60,417 nucleotides of DNA, from positions 1 to 60,417 of the forward strand of contig CAZUJM010000008.1 in assembly GCA_964620405.1 (NCBI GenBank). The letters are read 5' to 3'. This document shows, piece after piece, positions 12,581 to 22,701 of the stretch. How positions within the stretch are numbered: the stretch's first letter is position 1; every line of letters begins with the position of its first letter. The notes below the pieces were generated by a model. The model did no database searches. It was not told the origin of the DNA and saw only the letters and a list, made by a program, of their open reading frames with translations. The stretch comes from an uncultured Pirellulaceae bacterium (GTDB lineage: Bacteria; Planctomycetota; Planctomycetia; Pirellulales; Pirellulaceae). The position numbers and the translations under genes are program-made.

Positions 12581-13954
12581 TCACAGCAGTTCGGCGATGG
12601 GCTCGCCATCCGGCAGGATCGGCATCGGCCGGCCGCGGTGGTCGAGCAGGTTCTGATGGTAGTCGATCCCCAGGTGGCGAAAGATGGTGGCCCAGAGGTC
12701 GTTCGGCGAGAGCGGCCGATCTTTCGGTTCTTCGCCGCGTGCGTTCGTCGATCCAACGACCTGCCCCATGCGAAGACCACCGCCCGACACCAGCATCGAC
12801 ATCGCCTGCGGCCAATGGTCGCGGCCCGGCTGCCGGATGCCCGTTTGCGTCCCCGTCTGGTTCTCGATCCGCGGCGTCCGGCCGAACTCCCCCGTCACCA
12901 CCAACAGCACGCGCCGATCGAGGCCCCGCGCGTAGATATCCTCAATTAAAGCCGTCACGCTCTGGTCATAGATCGGGAAACGGACTCGGGCGTCGCGGAA
13001 CAGGTCGCAGTTCACGGCGTGCGAATCCCAGTTATAGGTCCCCTCCTTCAGGAAAGGAACGCCCGACACATACGGGTTCTCCAGCACCACGGTCACGAAG
13101 GGACAACCGGCCTCCACCAGTCGCCGGGCCATCAGCAGCCGATAGCCCCAGGCGTGGCGACCGTAACGATCAATCAGCTTTTCGGACTCGCGCGAGAAAT
13201 CAAACGCCTCGCGCACGCCCCGTCCCGTCAGCAGGTTCGCCGCGTTGTGGCTCAACGAATCCATCGCCTGCATGCTGCCCGAACCGTCGAGGTCGCGACG
13301 GATGCGATCGAGCCCCTGCAACAGCGAGCGACGATCGGCCAGGCGGTTCTCGAAGTTCGCGGCCAAGGACAGGTTCTGGATCTCGAAACCCGCTTCGCCC
13401 GGATCGCCCTCCACGGTGAACGGCGCGTAGGCGGACCCCAGGTAGGCGGCCCCCAGGCTGAAAGTGTCGATGCCCCCGCGGCCGCGGTCGGTCATCAGCA
13501 CATAGTCCAGCGGCACCTCGCGCGTCGAGGGCAACATCCGCGCGATCATCGAACCGCAGGCGGGGTAGTCGTTCACGAACCCCGTCGGTTCCTTCGGATC
13601 GCGGCCCGTCATGAACCGTTTGTGTCCACCACCATGATCGGAAAACGTGTGGTGCACGGAGCGAATCAGGGAGTAGCGATCGGCCAAACGCGTGTGCAGC
13701 GGCAGCAGTTCACAAACGTCGATCCCCGGTACGTTCGTCCGCACCGGCCGGAACTCGCCTCGATAGTCCGAGGGCGCGTCCGGCTTCATGTCGTACATCT
13801 CCATGTGCGGCGGACCGCCTGGGAGCCACACGAAGATACAGGCAGGCGGTTCTTCCGACTGGCCGGCGCCCCACGACTGCCTGGCCATCAACTGGCCCAG
13901 CGTCAGTCCGCACGCCGCCAGGCCACCGACCTGCAGGAAAGCCCGACGCGGCAT
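12581..13954 (-). CDS. DUF1501 domain-containing protein (sulfatase-like fold, Tat signal)
   Basis: MPRRAFLQVGGLAACGL (twin-arginine-like) is followed by ..IFVWLPGGPPHMEMYDMKPDAP..EFRPV.T.VPG..VCELLP..A...SLIRSV.H....H and the C-terminal GRDHW. This is characteristic of planctomycetal DUF1501 proteins. An alternative start is at 14011. Confidence 0.85.
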   Translation of the reverse strand: MPRRAFLQVGGLAACGLTLGQLMARQSWGAGQSEEPPACIFVWLPGGPPHMEMYDMKPDAPSDYRGEFRPVRTNVPGIDVCELLPLHTRLADRYSLIRSVHHTFSDHGGGHKRFMTGRDPKEPTGFVNDYPACGSMIARMLPSTREVPLDYVLMTDRGRGGIDTFSLGAAYLGSAYAPFTVEGDPGEAGFEIQNLSLAANFENRLADRRSLLQGLDRIRRDLDGSGSMQAMDSLSHNAANLLTGRGVREAFDFSRESEKLIDRYGRHAWGYRLLMARRLVEAGCPFVTVVLENPYVSGVPFLKEGTYNWDSHAVNCDLFRDARVRFPIYDQSVTALIEDIYARGLDRRVLLVVTGEFGRTPRIENQTGTQTGIRQPGRDHWPQAMSMLVSGGGLRMGQVVGSTNARGEEPKDRPLSPNDLWATIFRHLGIDYHQNLLDHRGRPMPILPDGEPIAELL

Positions 13955-14717
13955 GGGCCCTCGACAGGCTACGCCCGCTACCCCCGCGCTGTCGCTTGCT
14001 GCTCTTGCCATCGTTCAGCCCCAATCCCACCCTTCAGAAGACACCGCAGGTCCCACGGGGCCGCGAAAAAAGACTGCCCGCTAAACCGGGTCGCATTATA
14101 GCCGCCAAGCGTGGGTAGATCCAAGCAACAGGGACTGGCGATTCACAACCGGTTTCCGCCCCGCTGCCCCCACCGCGCCGTTCCGCTCCAATCACTACCC
14201 GACGTGTGCACATTGCCGCAGCCCCTCCCTAAACTTCAATGCTCCGGAAGCATTCCCAAAGAGTCCACAGCGTTCTCCATGCACCGACGACAAGTGGCTC
14301 CGGAGGCCCCATCGCCCTGGCAGAAGATCACTAAGTGTACAGAGAGCAGGTCGCGATCGCATCACTGTCGCGGATGCGTGCATCAAGCTCGAGAAAGTGT
14401 CCGCTATTTCGCAGGGTAGATCTCCACCTATGCGAGTGCCCCCCCCTAATGACTCCATCAGGAAAGCACATTGGTCCCACAGGTCACGTCATATTGCGTG
14501 TGTCTGCCCCGACCGGACTTTACAGATACAACTTTTTTGATGTGCGGACTTTAAAAGAGTCATGGCGAACTTTAATTGGAACCGTATAATACGGGCGTGA
14601 TTTACATTTATGTGAATTCGCTAGTTAGTCGTCGGGAATTTGGAACCGCCTGACGGAACCACTTAAGAAATCCCTACCGGAACAATGAGCGATTGCTTAA
14701 GAAAAGGAGAATGAGGT

Positions 14718-15116
14718 ATGGCGGCGAAGACGTCCGTGAAGTTGGTCAAGAGCGTTGAGGGGAAGGCGGCTGCCCGCGGCGTGCGTGTATCGACGCGCAA
14801 GAATCCCCGCAAGAACAAGAGCTTGGCCATACGCACCATCATCGCCGCCTACCCGGAAGCGTCTGGGGCAGAGGTGGTGGACCGCGTCAAGAAGAAGTTC
14901 GGCCTCGATGTCACCGCGAATGTGGTGTACATGATCAAGACGAAGCTGAACAAGGAGAAGGAACTGCTGGGTGGTGGAGATTTTCCCGCCACGGGCAACG
15001 TGATCTTGGCGGTGCGTCTGGCCCAGCAGCTGGTCACCACGACCGGCAGCGTCAACCATGCCGTGGCTCTGCTGCGTGCCCTGCAGTCGCAGTCGCTGAC
15101 GCCGCAAGATCGCTGA
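14718..15116 (+). CDS. small Lys/Arg-rich hypothetical protein (132 aa)
   Basis: A strong AAGGAGA ribosome-binding site lies 7 nt upstream of ATG 14718. The protein has a basic N-terminus (KTSVKLVKSVEGKAAARGVRVSTRKNPRKNK) followed by a compact helical-looking core. It sits in a lower-GC stretch and is followed by two hairpins. Confidence 0.6.
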   Translation: MAAKTSVKLVKSVEGKAAARGVRVSTRKNPRKNKSLAIRTIIAAYPEASGAEVVDRVKKKFGLDVTANVVYMIKTKLNKEKELLGGGDFPATGNVILAVRLAQQLVTTTGSVNHAVALLRALQSQSLTPQDR

Positions 15117-15154
15117 TCGACTGCAGCCTCCCCCAAAAGGCTGCTTCAGAAATA

Positions 15155-15192
15155 ACAAAGGGTCGGACCTTGCGTGAGGTCCGACCCTTTGT
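15155..15192 (+). terminator. Perfect 15-bp stem hairpin (acaaagggtcggacc-ttgcgtga-ggtccgaccctttgt) downstream of the small ORF; no clear U-tract
   Basis: The inverted repeat was read directly. It lies between the + strand ORF ending at 15116 and the - strand tRNA. Confidence 0.45.
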
Positions 15193-15300
15193 CGATTACG
15201 GCCCGAAATTTCGTGCCCGTCAGTCTCCGACAGAATTCATCCTGCCCGCTCCCCCGAGGGAAGTGAAGGCGAGGAACGGTCTGTCTCAACCGGCAGGAAG

Positions 15301-15373
<73 letters not shown>

Positions 15374-15572
15374 GAACGAACCGGCCTGTCCAGTACGCCG
15401 AGTGCGGCTACCGAACAGGTCAGGGATTGTAGAGCCCGCTCGGCAGCTTGTCCAGCCGAGTCCTTCGGGCGGTCCGGCCAAAAAAATCGCGACGCCCCGC
15501 GGGCTGGCAGGTTATTCCAACTTCATCGGTCCCGCCAGCCGATCCTTCCCCCGGCGTCGCACTGCCCGCCGA

Positions 15573-17573
15573 CTACTGGGCGGCCGCGGCTTGATCGCGG
15601 AGCTGCCTGGCCTTCTCGGCGACCTCTGGCTCCGGATTGGTTTTCAGCAGCCGCTCCATGCCCGTGGCAACCTCCCGGGGATGGGAGCGGAGGATCTTGG
15701 GGGCAATCTTCAGGGCCGTCTGTCCGGCCGTGGCCTGAAGCGCCGGGTTGTCCAATTGGGACAGGGCCAGTTCCAAGGAGTCCGGCGAGGGCACGCGTTC
15801 GAGAACGCTGAAGGCCAGCGTCCGCTCTTCCTCGCGTCGCGCGACCTCCAGGGCCGTCTTGAACATCTGCAGGCGCTCCTCGGGGGAGAGCTGCAGCTGG
15901 CGGGCGATGCGGAGGTAGCCGCGGAGGGCTCGGACCTGAAACCGCGCATCGCCGCTGCCCCGGGCAATCTCCAGCAGGGGGCCTGCGGCGTCGGGGCTGG
16001 GCCATTCGCCAAGCAGCCGCACGGCCGCGTCGCGCACGGGCTCCGTCTGGTCTGTCGTGGCGCCGCGGATGGTCTCCAGGGCAACGCTGCCGCCCATCTT
16101 CGTGAGCACCTCCATCAGCGTCACGCGATGACCCGCGTCGGCCTTCTGGGACAGTTCGGCCAGTTGCCGCGCGGTCGCTTCGCGGTCGGGTAGACGCAGG
16201 GATGCGGCCAGCAGCGCCTGCCGCGCGGGGCCTTCGGGGCCCGCCTGTTCCTGAAGGGCGAACTGGACCAGCCGGCCCAGGTCCTTGGGCTGGATGACCT
16301 GGGCCCACGCCCGCAGCGCCGCTTCGCGGGCCGGCTGGTCCTGGCCTTCGAGCGTGGCGACGATCAGCGGTTCGGCTTCGGCGATGCGTCGTGCACCGAC
16401 GAGTTCCAAGAGTCGGACGCGGCCCGGCAGTTCGGGTTGCTGAAGTCGCTGCAGGATAGCCGCATCGGTGGAACTGCCGGGTCGATTGCGGAGCGCCTGG
16501 ACTGCGAGCGGCACGAGGCTGCTCACGTCGGCGGTGGCGTCGGCGGGGGCTTGCGTACCACTGGCCGCCTGGGCCACGAGGTCGACCAGCGACTGCAGGG
16601 CCTCGGGGGCGTTCATCGAAGCGAGGACGCGGACGGCCGCCTCACGCAGTTCCGGGGATTCGCTGCGCGTGGCATCGACGACGCGCTGCACCGGCGGCTG
16701 CTCCGCGCGATCCCCCAGCGCGGCCAGCAGCCGTGCCTGCCGAGCAACGGTCAGTTGCGGCATCAGTTCCACCAGCCGACCTGTCAGTCCGGGCGTGGCG
16801 ATGGAGCGGGAGGCGAGCAAGGCGACGTTGAACTCTTCGTCGTTGCCGGAGCCGACGAGTTTGACGAGCAGGTCCGCACCATCGTCGCCCAGCAGCAGGA
16901 ACTGTCCCTGCAACGCGGCGGCGTGCAGGTAGCCGGGCAGGTACGCGTCGGCGATCTCACGATAGGCGGCGAGTGACGCCTCCTTGTCACGCGGAGCGAT
17001 TCGTTCGGCGTATCGCAGGTAGGCCTCGGCCAACTGGTAGACGCGCGGCGAGACGCCGCTGCGGAACGCTCGCTGCAGTTCCTGGCCTGCGGCATCCGAG
17101 CCGATTTCGGCGAGGGCCCTGGCGGCGGCGATGGAGATCTCCAGGTTGTTGTCGGACAGGCGAGCCGCCAGCAGTTCGACCGCCTGCTCGTCGCGGCGTT
17201 TGGCGATGGAGTCGATCACGCCCACCAGCGCGCGGCCCTCCAGCTCCCCCGCGGCCTCGCGGAGTGCCGTGTCGGCCGACGGATCGGTGATCTGCTCCAG
17301 AGCTGTCCGCGCGTACAGGTTCAGCTCCGACGACCCCAGCAGCTTCCGCAGCGCCGGCACGGCCGACGCGTCGCCGACCACGGCCAGCCGCTGGCAGGCC
17401 TTCGCTTTGTCGAACGCGCTGACCGTGTCGTTGCCCAGCAGTTCGACAAGCTCCGCGGGGCTCTTCTTGAAGATCTCCCCCGCCGTCTGCGCGGACAAGG
17501 TTCCGCTGCCGAGCAACACGAGCAGAAGCGTAAGGGAGGGCAGCAGCGCGAGGAAGAGAATACGAACCGCCAT
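15573..17573 (-). CDS. secreted HEAT-repeat (PBS-lyase HEAT-like) protein
   Basis: ATG 17573 gives a signal peptide (MAVRILFLALLPSLTLLLVLLGSGTLSAQ). Many repeats of the ..A.AL..IGD.SAVPAL..LL.. type run along the whole length. Confidence 0.8.
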   Translation of the reverse strand: MAVRILFLALLPSLTLLLVLLGSGTLSAQTAGEIFKKSPAELVELLGNDTVSAFDKAKACQRLAVVGDASAVPALRKLLGSSELNLYARTALEQITDPSADTALREAAGELEGRALVGVIDSIAKRRDEQAVELLAARLSDNNLEISIAAARALAEIGSDAAGQELQRAFRSGVSPRVYQLAEAYLRYAERIAPRDKEASLAAYREIADAYLPGYLHAAALQGQFLLLGDDGADLLVKLVGSGNDEEFNVALLASRSIATPGLTGRLVELMPQLTVARQARLLAALGDRAEQPPVQRVVDATRSESPELREAAVRVLASMNAPEALQSLVDLVAQAASGTQAPADATADVSSLVPLAVQALRNRPGSSTDAAILQRLQQPELPGRVRLLELVGARRIAEAEPLIVATLEGQDQPAREAALRAWAQVIQPKDLGRLVQFALQEQAGPEGPARQALLAASLRLPDREATARQLAELSQKADAGHRVTLMEVLTKMGGSVALETIRGATTDQTEPVRDAAVRLLGEWPSPDAAGPLLEIARGSGDARFQVRALRGYLRIARQLQLSPEERLQMFKTALEVARREEERTLAFSVLERVPSPDSLELALSQLDNPALQATAGQTALKIAPKILRSHPREVATGMERLLKTNPEPEVAEKARQLRDQAAAAQ

Positions 17574-17680
17574 GGAGACATCCTTTTCGGAGTGAATCGA
17601 GTGCAGGGGCGTTCTTGGTCGTCGGGCGACCATCGGGGAGGCAAAGTGACGAAGGCCGCGCGTCCTCAGGCGACGGCGGC

Positions 17681-18958
17681 TCAGGACAGCGTCCAGGGGT
17701 CGCGGAGTGCTCGTGACCGCATACGATTCGCCTCGGCGTCGTCGATGAATTCCACGCGCGCGGGATCGAACTTCAGCGGTCGTCCCAGCTGCCAGGCGAT
17801 GTAAGCCGCGTGGCAGATGATATGGCTGCGGGCGACGACTTCGGCATTGGAGTGCGCGGGGCGACGGGTCACGACCGAATCGAGGAAGTTTCGCACATGG
17901 CTGACGGCGGACGTCCCGACCTCGTCAAACTGCCGCTGTTCGCCGCGCAGCGCGCCCGACGAGAACTCCAGCCGCCCCGAGTCGCCCGTTTCGACCCAGC
18001 CGCCTTCGCCTTCATAACGGACACTGCACGTTCCCAGGCCCATCCAGTCCTGGTCGCGCATCACCAGTTTCAGGCCGTCGTCGTAGGTCGCGACGCAGCC
18101 GCTGGGCGTCGGTTCGTAGAGCACCGGCACCTTCTTGTCGTCGGAGCCGGCCCAGTTGCAAAGGTCCACGGTGTGCGCGCCCCATTCGAGGATGCCGCCG
18201 CCATGGAAATCAAAGAACCCGCGCCAGCCGCCCTGGATGTACTGCTCGTTGTAGGGTCGCCAGGGCGTAGGGCCGAGCCACAGGTCCCAGTCGACCACGT
18301 CCGTGGCGGGTTCGGGCTGGCCGGGCAGCCAGTCGTGCGACGTGGCGGGGTGCAAGGTGTTGGCATGCACGGCCGTGAGCCGTCCGAGCTTGCCGGACTG
18401 GCAGAGGTCCTTGGCGAAGATGAAGTTCGCGACGCTGCGGCGCTGCGTGCCCGCCTGGTAGATGCGGCCGTAGCGACGGAACGCCTCGGCCAGCGCCTCG
18501 CTTTCGGCAATCGTCATCGAGCACGGCTTCTCGCAGTAGACATCCTTGCCGGCGCGCGCCGCGCAGACCGATGCGGGCGTGTGCCAGCGGTCGCCCGTGG
18601 CGATGAGCACGGCGTCGATGTCGTCGCGCGGCAGCATCTCGCGGAAGTCGCGATACATGGCCACGCCCGGGCCGTACTTCTGTTCGGTTCGGTCGCGCAC
18701 ACCTTCGCGGCGGTCCTTCCGCGTGTCGGCGATGGCCACGAACTGCACCACCGGTTCGTCCATGAAGCATCCCAGCACGTAACTGCCGCGGCCGCCGATT
18801 CCCAGTCCCGCGAGCGTGATCCGATTGCTGGGAGCCACCGCTCCGTCCTTGCCGAGCACGCGTGCGGGCACCACCAGCGGCACGGCAAACACGGCACTCG
18901 CCTTCGCACAGTGGGCCAAGAATTCACGCCGCGTCGGTCGCTTCGAACGGCTTCGCAT
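17681..18958 (-). CDS. Gfo/Idh/MocA family oxidoreductase with twin-arginine signal
   Basis: The RREFLAHCAKASAVFAVPLVVPA signal is followed by a Rossmann-type GLGIGGRGS.. segment. Typical C-terminal-domain motifs follow (..YCEKP.., ..GKLG.L..V). Confidence 0.9.
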   Translation of the reverse strand: MRSRSKRPTRREFLAHCAKASAVFAVPLVVPARVLGKDGAVAPSNRITLAGLGIGGRGSYVLGCFMDEPVVQFVAIADTRKDRREGVRDRTEQKYGPGVAMYRDFREMLPRDDIDAVLIATGDRWHTPASVCAARAGKDVYCEKPCSMTIAESEALAEAFRRYGRIYQAGTQRRSVANFIFAKDLCQSGKLGRLTAVHANTLHPATSHDWLPGQPEPATDVVDWDLWLGPTPWRPYNEQYIQGGWRGFFDFHGGGILEWGAHTVDLCNWAGSDDKKVPVLYEPTPSGCVATYDDGLKLVMRDQDWMGLGTCSVRYEGEGGWVETGDSGRLEFSSGALRGEQRQFDEVGTSAVSHVRNFLDSVVTRRPAHSNAEVVARSHIICHAAYIAWQLGRPLKFDPARVEFIDDAEANRMRSRALRDPWTLS

Positions 18959-19061
18959 GCGGAGGTCCTTTCGTTTCCGGGTTGTGGACAGAATAGGGAG
19001 CGGTTACCCTGAGTCGAGATTCTAACGGCTGCGGAGTCTGGAAACAGGGAGGACCCACCCC

Positions 19062-20414
19062 ATGCCCGCTCGATCGCGTCTCCAGTGGATTCCCGTGCTC
19101 AGGCCTGCCATCGGCGCCGCCGTGGTTTCGGTGATGTGCGCAGGGTTGCTCCTTTCCTGGCCGCTGTCCGCCCAGGAGACCCAGACGCTCGCGGCGTTGA
19201 CCGAGCTTTCCCCCGAGAACGACTGGCCCTGGTGGCGAGGTCCGTTACGCAACGGCATCTCGTCGGCAAAGCAGGTGCCCACGCGTCTGGGCGAGACCGA
19301 GAACCTGAAGTGGAAGACGCCCGTGCCCGGGCGCAGCCATTCCTCGCCGATCGTGGTCGGCTCCCGGGTCTTCCTCACGACGGCCGACGAGGAGGAGCAG
19401 ACGCAGTCGGTCCTGGCCTTCGATCGCGAGTCCGGCAAGCCGCTCTGGCAGTTGCAGGTGAACCGCGGCGGCTTCCCCGAACACAATCATCCGAAGAACA
19501 CCGAGGCGTCCAGCACGGTGGCCTGCGACGGCGAGCGGGTCTTTGCCACCTTCTTCAACCACAAGACGATCCAACTGGTCGCGATCGACCTGGACGGCAA
19601 GCTGGTGTGGCAGAAGTCGGCGGGCGCGTTCCATCCGCAGCGGTTCGAGTACGGCTACGCGCCGTCGCCGCTGATCTACCGCGACCTGGTCATCGTGGCG
19701 GCCGAATACGATGGTGACAGCTTCTTGGCAGCCTTTCAGCGCGAGACGGGTGACGAAGTCTGGCGTGCGCCCCGACCCAACGGCATCACCTTCTCCTCGC
19801 CCGTCGTCACGCATGTCGCGGGACGGGACCAGTTGCTGATCAGCGGACACTCCGAAGTCGCCGCCTACGATCCCGCCACCGGCAAACGAATCTGGACCAC
19901 TCCCGGTACCACCAATGCCACCTGCGGCACGATGGTATGGAGCGGCGATATCGTGGTCGCCAGCGGCGGCTACCCGAAGGCCGAGACGATCGCCGTGCTC
20001 GCCGACGGTTCAGGAAAGGTCCTCTGGAGAAACAACCAGAAGTGTTACGAGCAGTCGCTGCTGGCCGTGGACGGACATGTCTACGGCCTGACCGACGGCG
20101 GCGTGTTCTACTGCTGGCGCGCGGAAGATGGCAAGGAGATGTGGAAGCAGCGACTCCGCGGTCCCGTCAGCGCGTCCCCCGTGCTGGCGGGCGGCAACAT
20201 CTACTGGGCCAACGAACTCGGCACGCTCTACGTCGTCCGTCCCAATCCGGCCCAGTTCGAACTCGTGGCCGAAAACCAGCTCGGCTCCGCCTCCTTCCCC
20301 AGCCCCGCCGTGGCCGGACACCAACTCTTCCTCCGCGTCGCCTCCGAGGAGTCCGGACGCCGACAGGAAACGCTCTACTGCTTCGAGGCCGAAGAGCCGT
20401 CGGCGACAAAATGA
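19062..20414 (+). CDS. PQQ-like / BamB-like beta-propeller repeat protein (secreted)
   Basis: A signal peptide is followed by WPWWRGP.RNG and recurring blade motifs (SSPIVVGSRVF, APSPLIYRDLVIV, FSSPVVT, SASPVLAGGNIYW, FPSPAVAGHQLFLR). Confidence 0.8.
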   Translation: MPARSRLQWIPVLRPAIGAAVVSVMCAGLLLSWPLSAQETQTLAALTELSPENDWPWWRGPLRNGISSAKQVPTRLGETENLKWKTPVPGRSHSSPIVVGSRVFLTTADEEEQTQSVLAFDRESGKPLWQLQVNRGGFPEHNHPKNTEASSTVACDGERVFATFFNHKTIQLVAIDLDGKLVWQKSAGAFHPQRFEYGYAPSPLIYRDLVIVAAEYDGDSFLAAFQRETGDEVWRAPRPNGITFSSPVVTHVAGRDQLLISGHSEVAAYDPATGKRIWTTPGTTNATCGTMVWSGDIVVASGGYPKAETIAVLADGSGKVLWRNNQKCYEQSLLAVDGHVYGLTDGGVFYCWRAEDGKEMWKQRLRGPVSASPVLAGGNIYWANELGTLYVVRPNPAQFELVAENQLGSASFPSPAVAGHQLFLRVASEESGRRQETLYCFEAEEPSATK

Positions 20415-20493
20415 GACCGGGCCCGGTGCTTGCGGGGCTATAGTTTGCGGTCAGGCCTTCCGACTGTCGTTTCCCACGGCTCAGGGCTCCCGC

Positions 20494-22575
20494 ATGCGCA
20501 TCCTCCTGCTGCTATCCGCTCTCTCGGTTCTCACCCCCGCCCTGCTCCGGGCCCAGTCCACCGCCCCGGCAGCCCCGGCATCCGCCCCGGTATCCGCGGC
20601 GGTCAATCCAGCCGAGGCAGGGCTGCAGCCCAAGCATGTGGCGGAGATGCGTTTCGTCGTGGAAGCCTCCATCTCTCCTGACGGCCAGCACGTCGCCTAC
20701 GGCCTAGTCGTGCAGCGCAAGCCGCTCCTCGACGAAAACGGTCCGGCTTATGTCGAACTGCATGTGCTTTCCGACGACGGTCCCGGCCGTCCCTTTGTCG
20801 CCGGCAAGGTCTCCCTGCGTGACATCCAGTGGTCACACGACTCGCGGCGCATCCTCTATCTCGCGAAACGAGGCGACGACCCGAACATCTGCCTGTACGC
20901 GATCCCCGTCGATGGAGGCGAATCGACGCGACTGCTGCAGCATGGCACCAGCATCGGCGCCTACTCGCTGCATCCCGATGGAAAGCAGCTGGCGTTCCTC
21001 GCCGAGGAGGAGCCGGACAAAGGAGTCAAAGATCTCCGCGAACGCGGCTTCAACCAACAGATCTACGAGGAAGACCTGACGGTGACGCACGTGTGGCTAT
21101 CGAGCGGACAGCCCGACGCCAAACCCAGGAAACTCGAACTCCCCGGTTCGGCTTCGTATGTTGAATGGAGCCCCTCGGGAACGGAACTGCTGGTGGTGCT
21201 CGCTCCGACTTCCACGGTCGACGACCAGTTCATGTACAAACGCATCCATATCGTGGACGTGGCCAGCGGCCGGATTGTCGAATCGATCAAGAATCCCGGC
21301 AAACTCGGCGCGACGCATTGGAGTCCAGATGGGAAGCGGATTGCCCTGGTGTCGGGCGTGGATATCCACGATCCGAACGAAGGTCGCTTGATGGTGGCGG
21401 ATGTCCCTGGCGGCCCGCTCCGCGACCTGATGCCGAACTACCAGGCCCATGTCATGTCGTTCGCCTGGCAGGATGCCAACACCCTGGTGTGGACCGCCGA
21501 GGACCACGAGGAAACGTCACTCGGCCGCACGACCCTGGACGGAAATACCACCTGGCTCGCCCAGCGTACCGGTCCGATCACACAGGTCTTCTCGCTCTGC
21601 AAGCAGCAACCGCTCGCGGCAGTCGTGGCGCACACGCCGCAGCATCCGGCCGAGGTGTTTCGCGTCGACCTGAACAACGGTGGAACAAAGCGTCTGACCG
21701 ACAGCAACCCGTGGCTCGCGGAGATCCCGCTGGCGCGGCAGGAGACGATCCAGTGGACGGCCCGCGATGGCGTGCAACTAGGCGGCGTGCTGATCAAGCC
21801 GCTGCACTATGTCGAAGGCCGCCTCTATCCGCTTATCCAAGTCGTCCACGGCGGCCCCGAGTCGTCGGTGCCTAATGGCTGGGTCACCACCTACTCCAAT
21901 CCGGGCCAGATGGCCGCCGCGCGGGGATTCATGGTTTTCTATCCGAACTACCGCGGCAGCACCGGACGCGGCGTTGAATTCTCCAAGCTTGGCCAGATGG
22001 ACGCCGCCGGTCGCGAATTCGACGACCTCGTCGACGGCATCGACCACCTCACCCGCATCGGCCTCGTCGACCCCGCCAAGGTCGGCATCACCGGCGGATC
22101 CTACGGCGGCTACGCCTCCGCCTGGGGCTCGACCTACTACTCCGACCGCTACGCGGCCAGCGTGATGTTCGTCGGCATCAGCGACAACGTCTCCAAGGTC
22201 GGCACCACGGACATCCCCGAGGAGATGTTCCTCGTGCACCATCGCAAACGCTTGTGGGACGACTGGAACTACTTCGCCGAACGCAGCCCAATCCGCTACG
22301 TGCAGCGCAACAAGACGCCGACGCTGATCCTGCACGGCAAGATCGATCCCCGCGTGCATCCATCGCAGTCGCTGGAATTGCACCGCCACCTCAAGACCCT
22401 CGGACAAGCGCCCGTGCGTCTTGTGCTGTACGAAGGCGAAGGCCACGGCAATCGGCAGGCCGCCTCGCGTTTTGACTACAGCCTCCGCCTGCTGCAGTGG
22501 ATGGAACACTACCTGCAAGGCCCCGGCGGCAAGCCGCCGGCCTACGAGATCGACTACGGAGCGGCGATTCGCTGA
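20494..22575 (+). CDS. S9 family serine peptidase (prolyl oligopeptidase/dipeptidyl-peptidase type, with N-terminal beta-propeller)
   Basis: ATG 20494 gives the signal MRILLLLSALSVLTPALLRAQS. TolB-like repeats (SPDG..) are followed by an alpha/beta-hydrolase domain with the GGSYGGY nucleophile elbow, ..LILHGKIDPRV.. and ..GEGHG. Confidence 0.9.
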   Translation: MRILLLLSALSVLTPALLRAQSTAPAAPASAPVSAAVNPAEAGLQPKHVAEMRFVVEASISPDGQHVAYGLVVQRKPLLDENGPAYVELHVLSDDGPGRPFVAGKVSLRDIQWSHDSRRILYLAKRGDDPNICLYAIPVDGGESTRLLQHGTSIGAYSLHPDGKQLAFLAEEEPDKGVKDLRERGFNQQIYEEDLTVTHVWLSSGQPDAKPRKLELPGSASYVEWSPSGTELLVVLAPTSTVDDQFMYKRIHIVDVASGRIVESIKNPGKLGATHWSPDGKRIALVSGVDIHDPNEGRLMVADVPGGPLRDLMPNYQAHVMSFAWQDANTLVWTAEDHEETSLGRTTLDGNTTWLAQRTGPITQVFSLCKQQPLAAVVAHTPQHPAEVFRVDLNNGGTKRLTDSNPWLAEIPLARQETIQWTARDGVQLGGVLIKPLHYVEGRLYPLIQVVHGGPESSVPNGWVTTYSNPGQMAAARGFMVFYPNYRGSTGRGVEFSKLGQMDAAGREFDDLVDGIDHLTRIGLVDPAKVGITGGSYGGYASAWGSTYYSDRYAASVMFVGISDNVSKVGTTDIPEEMFLVHHRKRLWDDWNYFAERSPIRYVQRNKTPTLILHGKIDPRVHPSQSLELHRHLKTLGQAPVRLVLYEGEGHGNRQAASRFDYSLRLLQWMEHYLQGPGGKPPAYEIDYGAAIR

Positions 22576-22591
22576 TCGCCCTCGCAGCCAA

Positions 22592-22639
22592 CAAAAAACG
22601 CGGGCGTCCCCGGCAGGGTCCGCCCGCGTTCTTTTTTTC
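22592..22639. terminator. Bidirectional rho-independent terminator between convergent genes
   Basis: The sequence reads aaaaaACGCGGGCG-tccccggcagggtc-CGCCCGCGTtcttttttt: a GC-rich stem of 9-10 bp flanked by an A-run on one side and a T-run on the other. Confidence 0.75.
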
Positions 22640-22701
22640 ACTTCAGCGCACCACGCGACCTGCGACGGCAACGCCGTCCGCGAGCCTGCGGTGCGCGAAC
22701 C

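Noticed and set aside
15480-15525. An intrinsic terminator for the HEAT-repeat gene (A7 run on the plus strand next to cgcgacgccccgcg)
   Set aside because: Only a 4-bp stem (CGCG/CGCG) can be drawn next to the U-run. This is too weak to report as a feature.
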